This document shows, in pieces, positions 51,625-60,641 of a stretch of DNA of 64,000 nucleotides. The notes below the pieces were generated by a model, which made no database searches, had not been told where the DNA came from, and saw only the letters and a list, made by a program, of their open reading frames with translations. Numbering within the stretch: the stretch's first letter is position 1; each line of letters begins with the position of its first letter. Where the stretch lies: contig CAZMPY010000005.1 of the NCBI GenBank assembly GCA_964568665.1, positions 128,742 through 192,741 of the forward strand, given 5' to 3'. The translations under genes were made by a program, and so were the position numbers. Source of the DNA: an uncultured Thermoplasmata archaeon (GTDB taxonomy: Archaea > Thermoplasmatota > Thermoplasmata > UBA10834).

Positions 51625-52905
51625 ATGAAGGACCCTGTCAAAGGACCGGACATGCAGACCATCCTGCTGGCGTACTCGGGAGGCCTCGACACATCAGTGG
51701 CGATCCACTGGCTCAAGGAGAGATACGGCTGTGATGTCGTCGCCGCGACCGTCGATGTCGGTCAGTCGGACGACCTCAAGGACGCAATGAGGAGGGCGAC
51801 GGCGATCGGCGCTTCGCGGGCATGGATCGTGGACGCGAGACAGGAGTTCGTCGAGAAGTACCTGCTCCCGGCGATCAAGGCGAACGCGCTGTACGAGGGC
51901 AACTATCCCCTCGGGACGGCGCTCGCGCGACCGCTGATGGCGGCGAAGCTCGTCGACCTGGCGAAGAGGCTGGGTGCGGACGCCATCGCCCACGGATGCA
52001 CTGGCAAGGGGAACGACCAGGTCAGGTTCGAGGTCTCGATCGCAGCCCTCGCGCCCGAGATGAACGTGATCGCACCGGCGAGGGACTGGGCGATGTCGCG
52101 GGACGAGGAGATCGCGTACGCGGAGGACAGGGGGATCCAGGTCCCCGTGACATCGTCATCCCCGTACAGCATAGACGAGAGCATCTGGGGCAGGGCGATC
52201 GAGTGCGGAGTGATCGAGGACGCGTGGGCCGAACCCCCGGAAGACGCATACGCCTGGACCAAGGGAGCGAGCGCGGCACCGGAACAGGCAGAGAGCATCG
52301 AGATCGGGTTCGAATGCGGCAGGCCTGCCAGCCTGAACGGCGAGGAGCTCGACCTCCAGACCATCATTCTCAGACTCAACGAGACCGCGGGGAAGCACGG
52401 CGTGGGTAGGATCGACCACATCGAGAGCAGACTCGTGGGCATCAAGTCGAGGGAGGTCTACGAAGCCCCCGCGGCGACTGTCCTCATCAAGGCCCACCAG
52501 GACCTCGAGAGCATGGTGATGACCAAGGACATGCTGCACTCCAAGAGAGAGCTGGAGATGCAGTATGCGGACCTGGTCTACAACGGTCTCTGGTTCTCGC
52601 AGCTGAGGGAGGCGCTCGATGCGTTCATGGAGAAGACCCAGGAGAACGTCACTGGAAAGGTCAGGCTCAGGCTGTTCAAGGGAAGCGTGGCGGTGACCGG
52701 GAGGGCTTCGCCGTTCTCGCTCTACAGGACGGCGTTGTCGACCTACGATAAGAGGGACGAGTTCGACCAGTCGGCAGCGAAAGGGTTCGTATACGTCTGG
52801 GGGCTGCCAGTCAGGACTTGCAGCATCGTGAAGGCGATGGCTGAGAAGGCAGGTTTGGCGGATGAAGGAGCGGTCAAAGAGGGAATCGTCGACATCTGCA
52901 AATGA
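51625..52905 (+). CDS. argG: argininosuccinate synthase
   Basis: 426-aa ORF. AYSGGLDTS PP-loop, AHGCTGKGNDQVRFE, SIDESIWGRA. Start may be ATG 51652 (MQTILLAYSGG). Confidence 0.9.
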   Translation: MKDPVKGPDMQTILLAYSGGLDTSVAIHWLKERYGCDVVAATVDVGQSDDLKDAMRRATAIGASRAWIVDARQEFVEKYLLPAIKANALYEGNYPLGTALARPLMAAKLVDLAKRLGADAIAHGCTGKGNDQVRFEVSIAALAPEMNVIAPARDWAMSRDEEIAYAEDRGIQVPVTSSSPYSIDESIWGRAIECGVIEDAWAEPPEDAYAWTKGASAAPEQAESIEIGFECGRPASLNGEELDLQTIILRLNETAGKHGVGRIDHIESRLVGIKSREVYEAPAATVLIKAHQDLESMVMTKDMLHSKRELEMQYADLVYNGLWFSQLREALDAFMEKTQENVTGKVRLRLFKGSVAVTGRASPFSLYRTALSTYDKRDEFDQSAAKGFVYVWGLPVRTCSIVKAMAEKAGLADEGAVKEGIVDICK

Positions 52906-54301
52906 CGAGTTCCTCGCATTCACGGGCTCCGTCGGATTCGACAGGAGACTCTGGAAGTACGATATAGCTGGAAGCATCGCCCATGCATACGCGCTGGAGA
53001 AGGCGGGCATCCTCTCGGAGAAGGAACGACGCCTTGTGGTCGGCGGGCTGCGGGCGGTCGCAGCGGACATCGGCGACGGCGTGGCAGAGTTCCGGCCGGA
53101 ACTCGAAGACATCCACATGAACGTCGAGCGCATGCTCACAGAGAAGGTAGGGCGAGCAGGCGAGAAGATCCACACGGGACGGAGCAGGAACGACCAGGTC
53201 GCCCTCGACATGCGCCTGCTGGTGCGGGAAGCCATCACGGACATCCTGGCTGAGACGCTCGCAATCCAGACGGTGATCGTCAGAAGGTCCGACGAGGCGA
53301 TGACCACAGTGATGCCGGGGTACACGCACCTCCAGCGGGCGCAGCCCGTGCTCCTGGCCCATCATCTGATGGCACACTTCTGGAGGCTGCAGAGGGACGC
53401 CGACAGGCTGACCGAGTGCTACTCGCGCACGAACCGGTCCCCGCTCGGATCGGGAGCGCTCGCGGGCACATCCTTCGGCATCGACCGGCGGGTCCCGGCG
53501 GACATGCTGCGCATGGAAGGACTGACGGAGAACTCCCTCGATGCGGTCTCGGACAGGGACTTCGTCGCGGAGACCGCCTTCGACCTCTCACTGATCATGA
53601 TCCATCTCTCCTCGCTCTGCGAGGAGCTCATACTCTGGTCCTCCCACGAGTTCGGCTTCGTGAAGCTGCCCGAGAGCATGTCGAGCGGCTCGAGCATGAT
53701 GCCACAGAAGAGGAACCCGGACCTGCCCGAGCTGATAAGGGGGAAGTCCGGGAGAGCCGTAGGAGACCTGATCGCGATCCTCACCGTGCTAAAATCTCTT
53801 CCCCTCGCGTATAACCGCGACCTTCAGGAAGACAAGGAGACCCTCTTCGATGTCTTGGACACCACAGGGGCGTCGCTCCATGCCCTCACGCACTTCCTGA
53901 GAGAGATCGAGTTCGACACGGTGAGGATGGGGAAGTCGGCCGAGGCCGGGTTGATGACCGCGACCGACCTCGCCGACTTCCTCTCTAAAGCCGGAGTGCC
54001 GTTCAGGACCGCTCACTCGATCGTGAGGGACATCGTCGGCCGCTCGGGCGGGGACAACGACAGGTTCATGAAGCTGGCCGAGGGGACGTTGAGGGCGCAT
54101 GTCAAGGGGTTCAAGCCGTCGGATCTTGACCTCCACTCTGCATCGGCCGCCGTCGAACGAAGGGGGTCCAGAGGCGGTACCTCGACGAAGGCGGTCAAGG
54201 CCCAGAAGAAGCTCGCCGAAGCGGCGATGACCCGGACCGAACACGACCTCGGAAGGATGAGGGCAGAGACCTCATCGGTGAACGCGATAATCTGGCCTTG
54301 A
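52862..54301 (+). CDS. argH: argininosuccinate lyase
   Basis: 479 aa. GYTHLQRAQP, GSGALAGTSF, SSMMPQKRNPD signature. The only start codon upstream of the conserved FDRRL...AH block is ATG 52862, giving a 44-nt out-of-frame overlap with argG. Confidence 0.9.
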   Translation: MKERSKRESSTSANDEFLAFTGSVGFDRRLWKYDIAGSIAHAYALEKAGILSEKERRLVVGGLRAVAADIGDGVAEFRPELEDIHMNVERMLTEKVGRAGEKIHTGRSRNDQVALDMRLLVREAITDILAETLAIQTVIVRRSDEAMTTVMPGYTHLQRAQPVLLAHHLMAHFWRLQRDADRLTECYSRTNRSPLGSGALAGTSFGIDRRVPADMLRMEGLTENSLDAVSDRDFVAETAFDLSLIMIHLSSLCEELILWSSHEFGFVKLPESMSSGSSMMPQKRNPDLPELIRGKSGRAVGDLIAILTVLKSLPLAYNRDLQEDKETLFDVLDTTGASLHALTHFLREIEFDTVRMGKSAEAGLMTATDLADFLSKAGVPFRTAHSIVRDIVGRSGGDNDRFMKLAEGTLRAHVKGFKPSDLDLHSASAAVERRGSRGGTSTKAVKAQKKLAEAAMTRTEHDLGRMRAETSSVNAIIWP

Positions 54302-54985
54302 TCACTTGCCGTTCACCGACGAGACGCGGTTCTCGATTATCCCGGATAGGATCTCGAACGCCCGCATCATGTCGTCACGGGTGACTATGACTATCGTGTC
54401 CGTGTAGCAACTGACGGCCTCGAGCAGGTTGATGTTCTGCTCCGACAGCATCGACGTGATGTATGCGAACGCGCCCATCGTGACCTCTATCCTGGGCGGG
54501 CTCTTGACCGTGATCTCGGCAAGGTTCTGCTTGACCGTCATGATGTGATCCTGGCCGATCGCCTTGATGATCGCCGGGAGGTGCTTGTCCTCGGAGATGA
54601 CCGTGATGCCGTTGGCGCTCTGGAGGATCTGCATCGTCGCCTTCTCCGCGAGCAGCTTCTTGACGACCTCCTCGAGGTTCCTCAGCACCACCCATTCGTT
54701 CTTCGCGACGACTATGCAGATGCGCGTCTTGAGCTCGAGTCTGCTCTCCTCGAACACGCGCATGATGTCACCCTCGAAATTGCTCTTGGCGAGCTTGGCC
54801 GCATATCTCCTGCTCGCCGCCAGGACGGCCTCCTCGTGCTTGACCCCCGTCTCCTTCATGATCAGCCTGGAGAGGGACGAGAAGTTGACCAGGTCCTTGC
54901 TGATGCAGTCCCTCACGCTTGGGTGCCTGTCGATGTACTGCCTCGTGAGTTCGGCGATTGTGAGCTTCTCCTTCGGCTCATCCAT
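54302..54985 (-). CDS. ACT-domain putative regulator of amino-acid metabolism (COG2150-like)
   Basis: 227 aa. N-terminal helical/HTH-like part, then two ACT-like beta-alpha-beta-beta-alpha-beta units (ICIVVAKNEWVVL..., MGAFAYITSMLSEQNINLLEAVSCYTDTIVIV). Convergent with and abutting argH. Confidence 0.5.
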   Translation of the reverse strand: MDEPKEKLTIAELTRQYIDRHPSVRDCISKDLVNFSSLSRLIMKETGVKHEEAVLAASRRYAAKLAKSNFEGDIMRVFEESRLELKTRICIVVAKNEWVVLRNLEEVVKKLLAEKATMQILQSANGITVISEDKHLPAIIKAIGQDHIMTVKQNLAEITVKSPPRIEVTMGAFAYITSMLSEQNINLLEAVSCYTDTIVIVTRDDMMRAFEILSGIIENRVSSVNGK

Positions 54986-55117
54986 CGGCGGGCGCGATTC
55001 ACTATGTGGCCCTTAAACTTTGGCCTCGGGATTCAAATGACCTCTCAGAAAGTGGAGCGCCCAAGGATTAAATATCGACAACCCATAGGCCGGACTGGCG
55101 CCGGCGATGCACCTGAC

Positions 55118-55192
55118 GCTCCCGTAGTGTAGTCCGGCCAATCATTCCAGCCTTTCGAGCTGGATACCCGGGTTCGAATCCCGGCGGGAGCA
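55118..55192 (+). tRNA. tRNA-Glu (anticodon UUC)
   Basis: Manual cloverleaf: acceptor GCTCCCG/CGGGAGC, D-arm GTGTAGTCCGGCCAATCAT (typical archaeal Glu/Asp type), anticodon stem CCAGC/GCTGG with loop CTTTCGA (TTC), T-arm CCGGG-TTCGAAT-CCCGG, discriminator A. CCA not encoded. No intron. Confidence 0.9.
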
Positions 55193-55369
55193 CTCTCCTC
55201 GATTTCCTGACCAGCCATCCCCTCGACGGCGCCCCTAGCCGGTTCACATTTCTCGAGGGACGACCCGGCCACATTGGTGCGGTCGGCGCTGGCCGGCGAG
55301 TCCATGCTCAGCAGAGGCTGACTCATCCACTCTGTCGAGCCGAGCCACGAAGACCAGTCGCAGGAGCGG

Positions 55370-55388
55370 GGGACGGTTCTCCCGTCCC
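55370..55388 (-). terminator. GC hairpin immediately after the peroxiredoxin stop codon
   Basis: GGGACGG-ttctc-CCGTCCC at 55370-55388; stop codon at 55390-55392. Confidence 0.3.
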
Positions 55389-55389
55389 G

Positions 55390-56049
55390 CTACAGCTTCC
55401 TGTGGCAGAACCACCAGTCGTAGCAGTCGTAGTTCTTCAGGCGCTCGCGGGCGGTCTTCTCATCGGTTGCAGGCGGTATGATGACCCTGTCCTTCAGAAG
55501 GTCGCTCTCCGGCCAGTTGGCCGGCGTGGCGACCTTGTTCTCGTCGCATGTCTTGAGCGCCTTCACGATGCGCAGGATCTCGTTCATGTTCCTGCCTACC
55601 TCCTGTGGATAGTACAGCATCAGCCGGATGGTCCCGTTCGGGTCCACGAAGAACACTGCTCTGACAGTGTTCGTGCCCTTGCCAGGGTGGATCATCCCGA
55701 GCCTCGTTGCAACGGTGGCGGCCCCGTCAGCGATGACTGGGAACTTGATTTCCACGCCCATCTTCTCCTTGATCCATTCGATCCACTTGATGTGCGAGAA
55801 CACCTGGTCGATCGAAAGACCGATGAGCTCACAGTTCAGCGCCTTGAACTGGTCGTGCATATTGGCGAACGCGATGAACTCCGTCGTGCAGACCGGCGTG
55901 AAATCGCCGGGGTGGCTGAAGAGCACGAACCACTTTCCATCATAGGCGTTCGGCAGCGCGACCTTGCCGTGGGTCGTCTGAACTTCCATCTCAGGGAACT
56001 TCTCTCCGAGCAACGGGATGCCTCTTCCAGATACTTCTCCGCAAGCCAT
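55390..56049 (-). CDS. peroxiredoxin (Prx6/1-Cys-like archaeal type)
   Basis: 219 aa. [14 protein letters not shown] peroxidatic-Cys motif, [22 protein letters not shown] 6 nt upstream of the ATG. Confidence 0.9.
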   Translation of the reverse strand: MACGEVSGRGIPLLGEKFPEMEVQTTHGKVALPNAYDGKWFVLFSHPGDFTPVCTTEFIAFANMHDQFKALNCELIGLSIDQVFSHIKWIEWIKEKMGVEIKFPVIADGAATVATRLGMIHPGKGTNTVRAVFFVDPNGTIRLMLYYPQEVGRNMNEILRIVKALKTCDENKVATPANWPESDLLKDRVIIPPATDEKTARERLKNYDCYDWWFCHRKL

Positions 56050-56276
56050 TTCACAGCCTCCTCTTTCGGCTCCGAATCATGCGTGGCGATATTTGTTCAT
56101 TGTCCCGGACAGGGACCGCGGTCGCATCACCCGCCGCGAGAGAGGTCTACGATGCCAAACAGACTAACGAAGGACACTTGCGGCGTGAAGATGATCGACA
56201 CGCCCACCAGGGATGGAGAGCACGATGGCGGGCGCACGAGCGCCAGCCTGCAGAACCCCTTACGCCCCAGCCCTCG

Positions 56277-57020
56277 TCACAGGACCTTGCTCATCTCCCT
56301 CTCGATGAGGGAGAAATCCTTCAGATCCATCGTCGCAGCGTCCACTGGCACGATGAGGTAACCCTTGTCCAGGATCACCTGCTCGTTGATCAACTGCACG
56401 AACTTGAGCACGCTCTTGAAGTCGTTCTGCGTGTTCAGATACTCGAGGCCCTCGACGATGACGGCGCCCTTCTCGCCCTGGTGGAGGAACTCCTTTATCG
56501 CGGAGGCGAGGTGCGCGAGGTTGTTGGGGGACACGTACTCAGGCTCCCCTGGGGGTGCCTGGCTGGACTGAAGCTCGGTCTTGGTGAGCCAGAGGGACTC
56601 GGCATCGAACCCGTACCTCTGCTTCAGCACAGACGGGTGCGTGCGCGAGATGCACAGGCCGCGGCTTCCCTGCGAGAGCAGGCCGGCGAACAGCGCGAAG
56701 CCCTTCTCAGGGCGGTCCTCCTTGATGACGTAGCTCCAGCCAGGAAGCAGTGCGGTGGGAGGCGCGCCGCTGGAGGGTGTTAGGACATCCTCGACGACGA
56801 CCTTCCTCCCGGTCGCCTTCCCAATCTCGTCCGCCTTCAACTGGACTCGCTGGTATAGCATGGACTTCTTGGTCTTGGCCATTATCTGGAGTTCGCGGGA
56901 GGTGTAGCCCTTCGTGGTCAGCTTGATGATCTCGTCCCAGGCGTCCTGAAGGCCGTCCTGGAAACCTTTGATAAAACCCTTGACGTAGTCGTCGTCCTGA
57001 GGCATCTGACCCATCCGCAT
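56277..57020 (-). CDS. DUF835-family protein
   Basis: 247 aa. C-terminal GLCISRTHPSVLKQRYG...LWLTK...VIVEGLEYLNTQNDFKSVLKFVQLINE matches the DUF835 pattern as I remember it. Confidence 0.5.
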   Translation of the reverse strand: MRMGQMPQDDDYVKGFIKGFQDGLQDAWDEIIKLTTKGYTSRELQIMAKTKKSMLYQRVQLKADEIGKATGRKVVVEDVLTPSSGAPPTALLPGWSYVIKEDRPEKGFALFAGLLSQGSRGLCISRTHPSVLKQRYGFDAESLWLTKTELQSSQAPPGEPEYVSPNNLAHLASAIKEFLHQGEKGAVIVEGLEYLNTQNDFKSVLKFVQLINEQVILDKGYLIVPVDAATMDLKDFSLIEREMSKVL

Positions 57021-57073
57021 CCTGCAGGGCTCCCTATGGTCAGGCCAGACTAATAACCTTTTGCGATTTCACC

Positions 57074-57096
57074 CAATCCAGGTGTCGCCTGGATTG
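57074..57096. promoter_or_regulatory. perfect 9-bp inverted repeat in a divergent promoter region
   Basis: CAATCCAGG-tgtcg-CCTGGATTG at 57074-57096, between the DUF835 gene (start 57020, minus) and the 521-aa ORF (start 57148, plus). TATA-like CCTATTATCC follows at about 57108-57118. Confidence 0.4.
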
Positions 57097-57147
57097 TCGA
57101 CGGACAAAACCTATTATCCTAGCTGAACATCGGAGGGGCGTCCCGAA

Positions 57148-58713
57148 ATGCCCATCACGAAGAAGAGCTTCAAACAGTTCCGAATTAGGGCGAGGATCGC
57201 CTCGAAGGTGAGGGAGAAGGACCTCATCGACAAGGCCAAGGCTCTCAAGGACGACTACGAGCTGATCCTGCCCGACTGCCCGCAGGAGTGCGGCTCGTGC
57301 CCCCTCAAGAAGACGCGCGCGCGGCTGGAGAAGATCACCAAGTACAAGGACGATCCCTACAAGCTCGCGAAGTTCGCGAACCGCGGGGACAGGCTCGCGC
57401 GGGCGTACGCGGCGACGATCGGACTGGTCCATGAGGAGAAGACGCCCTATCTCGCATCCGCGACATACCCCGCGGGCACTATCACCTTCGCCCTCAGGGG
57501 GAAGACCGACAGGGAGAAGCTGATAGCCGTCCAGAACTACGACTCGCCCAAGTGGAGGGTGCTCGGTGTGGCGAACCTCGTGAAGAAGAAGGGGCTCCAC
57601 ATCTACTCGTTCGGGGACTCGTTCATCTGCACGGGGAGAGAGGCTGCTCCGCCAGAGGAGTACGTGAGGTCAGCCGCTGAATCGGTCGGCGCTTCCCGGC
57701 TGGACGGCGATGTCTACTCCTGCCCGCACAGCCCGTCGTCAGTGAACCACATCGAGTTCGACTGGGTCAGTGCCGGCAAGAAGATACTGCTCTGCGAATC
57801 CTGTTCATCGAAGTCGAAGAACTCCCTCGCGAAGCTGGCCGAAGGGATGGCAGTCCCGAGGGTCCTGAACGAGTTCGACATCTCGGTCAGGAGGCCGCTG
57901 AAGGTCGTGTCGGGGAACGGGGGATGCAAGGGCGCCCTGGACCGCCAAATCGACGAGGACCTCCTGGAGGACTACACCGCCGGGAAGATAGGGGACAGGG
58001 AACTCGCCGAGAAGCACATGCAGGCGGTGCTGGAACACCTCGAAGGGGAGAAGAAGCGGCTGTACATCAGGGGCGACCGGTGCTTCGGCGATGACATGGA
58101 GGCATTCGTGAAGGACCTCACATCCGACGAGGTCGAGGTGAAGGTCATCATAGGGTTGCTGGCAGATGTCGAGAATCCAGTCGTCCTCGACTCCTCGGAT
58201 TCCGTGAACAAGCTCCTCTCGAGATACTGGTCGACCAATGGCGAGCGGGCCCTCGGGGCGGTCGTGCCCGAGGAAGTGGCTAAGAAGCACTTCAAGGACG
58301 ACGACGAATCGAAGAGATCGCCGATGAAGGTCGTGAGGCAGGCCATCAAGGAATCCGACCACAGGACCGTGACCTCGAAGATACCGAAGTACTCCAACCT
58401 GTCCCTACACGGCATGTTCGCCGAGGATGTTACGAAGGCGTACAAGACCAGAGGCCAGGCAGGAGCGGTCTCGGTGCTCGACGGGAACAAATCGAACGAT
58501 CACAGGGTCAGGGCGATGACGCACGCGTTCTACCTCGCCCTGGACATATCCACGAAATCATGGAAGTTCACCGACGAGGAGAAGGAGTTCGGAAAGCACC
58601 TGCAGCCGCTGGCGAAGGACCTGCTCAACAGCGAGACGGCCGAGGAGCACCATGCGGCCTTCGCCGCGCTCCTCAGGGATGCCGGGAGCACAGAGGAACT
58701 CAAGAGGGTCTGA
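57148..58713 (+). CDS. hypothetical 521-aa protein with N-terminal and central Cys clusters
   Basis: GGAGGGG upstream of the ATG. CPQECGSCP near the N-terminus, CPHS...LLCESCSSK centrally. Charged helical C-terminal half. No family recognised. Confidence 0.55.
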   Translation: MPITKKSFKQFRIRARIASKVREKDLIDKAKALKDDYELILPDCPQECGSCPLKKTRARLEKITKYKDDPYKLAKFANRGDRLARAYAATIGLVHEEKTPYLASATYPAGTITFALRGKTDREKLIAVQNYDSPKWRVLGVANLVKKKGLHIYSFGDSFICTGREAAPPEEYVRSAAESVGASRLDGDVYSCPHSPSSVNHIEFDWVSAGKKILLCESCSSKSKNSLAKLAEGMAVPRVLNEFDISVRRPLKVVSGNGGCKGALDRQIDEDLLEDYTAGKIGDRELAEKHMQAVLEHLEGEKKRLYIRGDRCFGDDMEAFVKDLTSDEVEVKVIIGLLADVENPVVLDSSDSVNKLLSRYWSTNGERALGAVVPEEVAKKHFKDDDESKRSPMKVVRQAIKESDHRTVTSKIPKYSNLSLHGMFAEDVTKAYKTRGQAGAVSVLDGNKSNDHRVRAMTHAFYLALDISTKSWKFTDEEKEFGKHLQPLAKDLLNSETAEEHHAAFAALLRDAGSTEELKRV

Positions 58714-59728
58714 CGATCTTCGCATCGACGACCACATGGCTGACGCCTGGCGCGTAGGATTTTATCTCCTTCATCCGGACCACCTCCACATTCCGCCCAC
58801 CGGCCGACTCGGTCAGCCGCTTGAGCGGCCTCGAAGGGAGGAGTTCGTTCGGGCAGGTCTCGTGATAATGGATGATCCCGCCGTCCTTGACGAGCCTCAT
58901 GGCGGTCGGCAGGAACTCGTGGGTGGTCTTCACATAGCCCATGATGACGCGGTCCGCGAACGCCTCGCCCTGCAGGCCCCGGTTGTCGCCAAGAACGGGC
59001 TCGACGATGCCGGAGACCTTGTTGAGCGAGATGTTCTCGACGAGGTACGAGTGCGCGACCGGGTTGAGCTCGCAGGCCACGATCTTCCTCGGCCTCTGGT
59101 AGACCGCGAGCGGGACCGAGAAGTACCCGATGCCCGCGAACATGTCCACGACGGTCTCGCCGTCACATATGACGGTGGCCATGTGCATGCGCTCATCGAT
59201 GTTCCCCGATGAGAACATTATCCTCTCGGCATCGAACCTGAACAAGACGCCGTTCTCCTTGTGGAGCGCGACGGTGTCCGTGCCGAACAGCCTCCGGGTG
59301 ACGGGCATCCTGAGGTCGCCTGATATGCCCCCGGCGTCCCTGAGAACCGCCTTCATCCCGAGGACGGATGCGTACACGCGACCTATCTCGGCCTCGTGCT
59401 CGTCGAGCTCGCTGCCGAATCTGATCACCGCGACATCGCCGAACAGCTCCCACTTATCTGGCAGATGCTCCTTGAGCGACTCCGGGATGGCCGCTGCGGC
59501 CCTGATCGCGTCGATGGGGCCGATCCGCGCGTCCCTGGATGGGAACGCCCTGTCGACCAGCACCGCCCCGAACGCCCTGAGCAGGGAAGGCTCGGGCCTC
59601 CCGACGAGGGGGATGACGACATCGCCCCCCTCCTCGACTATGCCAACATGCCGGTCGACCAGGTGCATGGACCAGAGCGCCGTCCTGCACTGCTCGGCCA
59701 GCACCCTTGGGACCTTGACCCCGAGCAC
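58700..59728 (-). CDS. trm5: tRNA (guanine37-N1)-methyltransferase Trm5 / Taw2-like SAM methyltransferase
   Basis: 342 aa (GTG start). VVDMFAGIGYFSVPLAV SAM-binding motif and NPVAHSYLVENISLN of the Met-10+/Trm5 family. Confidence 0.75.
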   Translation of the reverse strand: MLGVKVPRVLAEQCRTALWSMHLVDRHVGIVEEGGDVVIPLVGRPEPSLLRAFGAVLVDRAFPSRDARIGPIDAIRAAAAIPESLKEHLPDKWELFGDVAVIRFGSELDEHEAEIGRVYASVLGMKAVLRDAGGISGDLRMPVTRRLFGTDTVALHKENGVLFRFDAERIMFSSGNIDERMHMATVICDGETVVDMFAGIGYFSVPLAVYQRPRKIVACELNPVAHSYLVENISLNKVSGIVEPVLGDNRGLQGEAFADRVIMGYVKTTHEFLPTAMRLVKDGGIIHYHETCPNELLPSRPLKRLTESAGGRNVEVVRMKEIKSYAPGVSHVVVDAKIVRPS

Positions 59729-59828
59729 ACTCCGGTTTATGGCCCACAGGACTAAAAACCCTTGTCCGAGTGGCCGATGGCCTATTGACCGAAAACCATA
59801 TAGTCGGTATCCGGGTTCTACGGACCCG

Positions 59829-60641
59829 ATGAGGAGGACTCACGAGACGCTGATCGCAGCACTGGCAATCGTCCTCATCATCTCAGGGACGGCTTCTGCG
59901 GACGTGGCGGATCCGGGGGCGCCGAAGTACACCAACAACATGACAGGAGGGTTCATCACCCCGACCGTGAGGCCCGGGGACGATTTCGAGTTCTCGTTCA
60001 ACCTGACGAACCCCTACTCGGACCCCGACGCGGTCATGACTGGACTCGACCTGACGTTCGGCGTGTACAGGTACGCGACCCAGGAGGAGGTCAGGGACGT
60101 CAACGAGAGCTTCCCGCACGCACCTGTGGTGAACGGTGAGGGGATCCAGGTCCTCCTGCACTACGACTCGCTCGGGCCGGACGAGGCGCTGAGGGTCGAA
60201 CTACAGATAGAGACCGACAGGGACACGCCCCACGGGTCGTACTTCTCGCAGAGCACATACTTCGTCAGACTCAGGCTCGAGTTCCGGTTCGAGGGCAACG
60301 ACACGCCGGTAACGCTCCAGTCGCGCGGCTTCTTCACTGCGGAGGAGTGGGATACGATGGTGTCCTTCAACGCGTACGAGAGCATCGTGAACACCACCTA
60401 CATGAACTCGCTGGGCGTCGACGGCCTCCTCCCCGACTCCTCGTTCGGGATCAAGGTCCAGATCCCGCGTTGGCCCCTGGCGCTGCTCATCGGGGCGTGC
60501 GGGCTCGCGGCGTTCGGCGCGCTCTACTACTTCGTGCTAGACAACCCCGGGCGGTACCCCAGGCTAGAAAAGAGATTCTATAAGCTGAGGGGAAAACTGT
60601 GCCAGCTTAGGAGCCAACTTGAGCACGGAAGAGGAAAGTGA
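59829..60641 (+). CDS. hypothetical secreted protein with C-terminal TM helix and basic cytoplasmic tail
   Basis: Start ATG 59829 inside ORF 59130..60641 (the upstream part is antisense to trm5). Signal-like MRRTHETLIAALAIVLIISGTASA. TM WPLALLIGACGLAAFGALYYFVL. TATA-like CATATAG about 27 nt upstream (leaderless spacing). Confidence 0.6.
   Translation: MRRTHETLIAALAIVLIISGTASADVADPGAPKYTNNMTGGFITPTVRPGDDFEFSFNLTNPYSDPDAVMTGLDLTFGVYRYATQEEVRDVNESFPHAPVVNGEGIQVLLHYDSLGPDEALRVELQIETDRDTPHGSYFSQSTYFVRLRLEFRFEGNDTPVTLQSRGFFTAEEWDTMVSFNAYESIVNTTYMNSLGVDGLLPDSSFGIKVQIPRWPLALLIGACGLAAFGALYYFVLDNPGRYPRLEKRFYKLRGKLCQLRSQLEHGRGK

Noticed and set aside
55118-55389. tRNA-Glu as an integration hotspot for a mobile element
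   Set aside because: The 197 bp downstream contain no duplicated tRNA 3' end. The flanking genes (peroxiredoxin, ACT regulator, argH) are ordinary chromosomal genes with native-looking composition.
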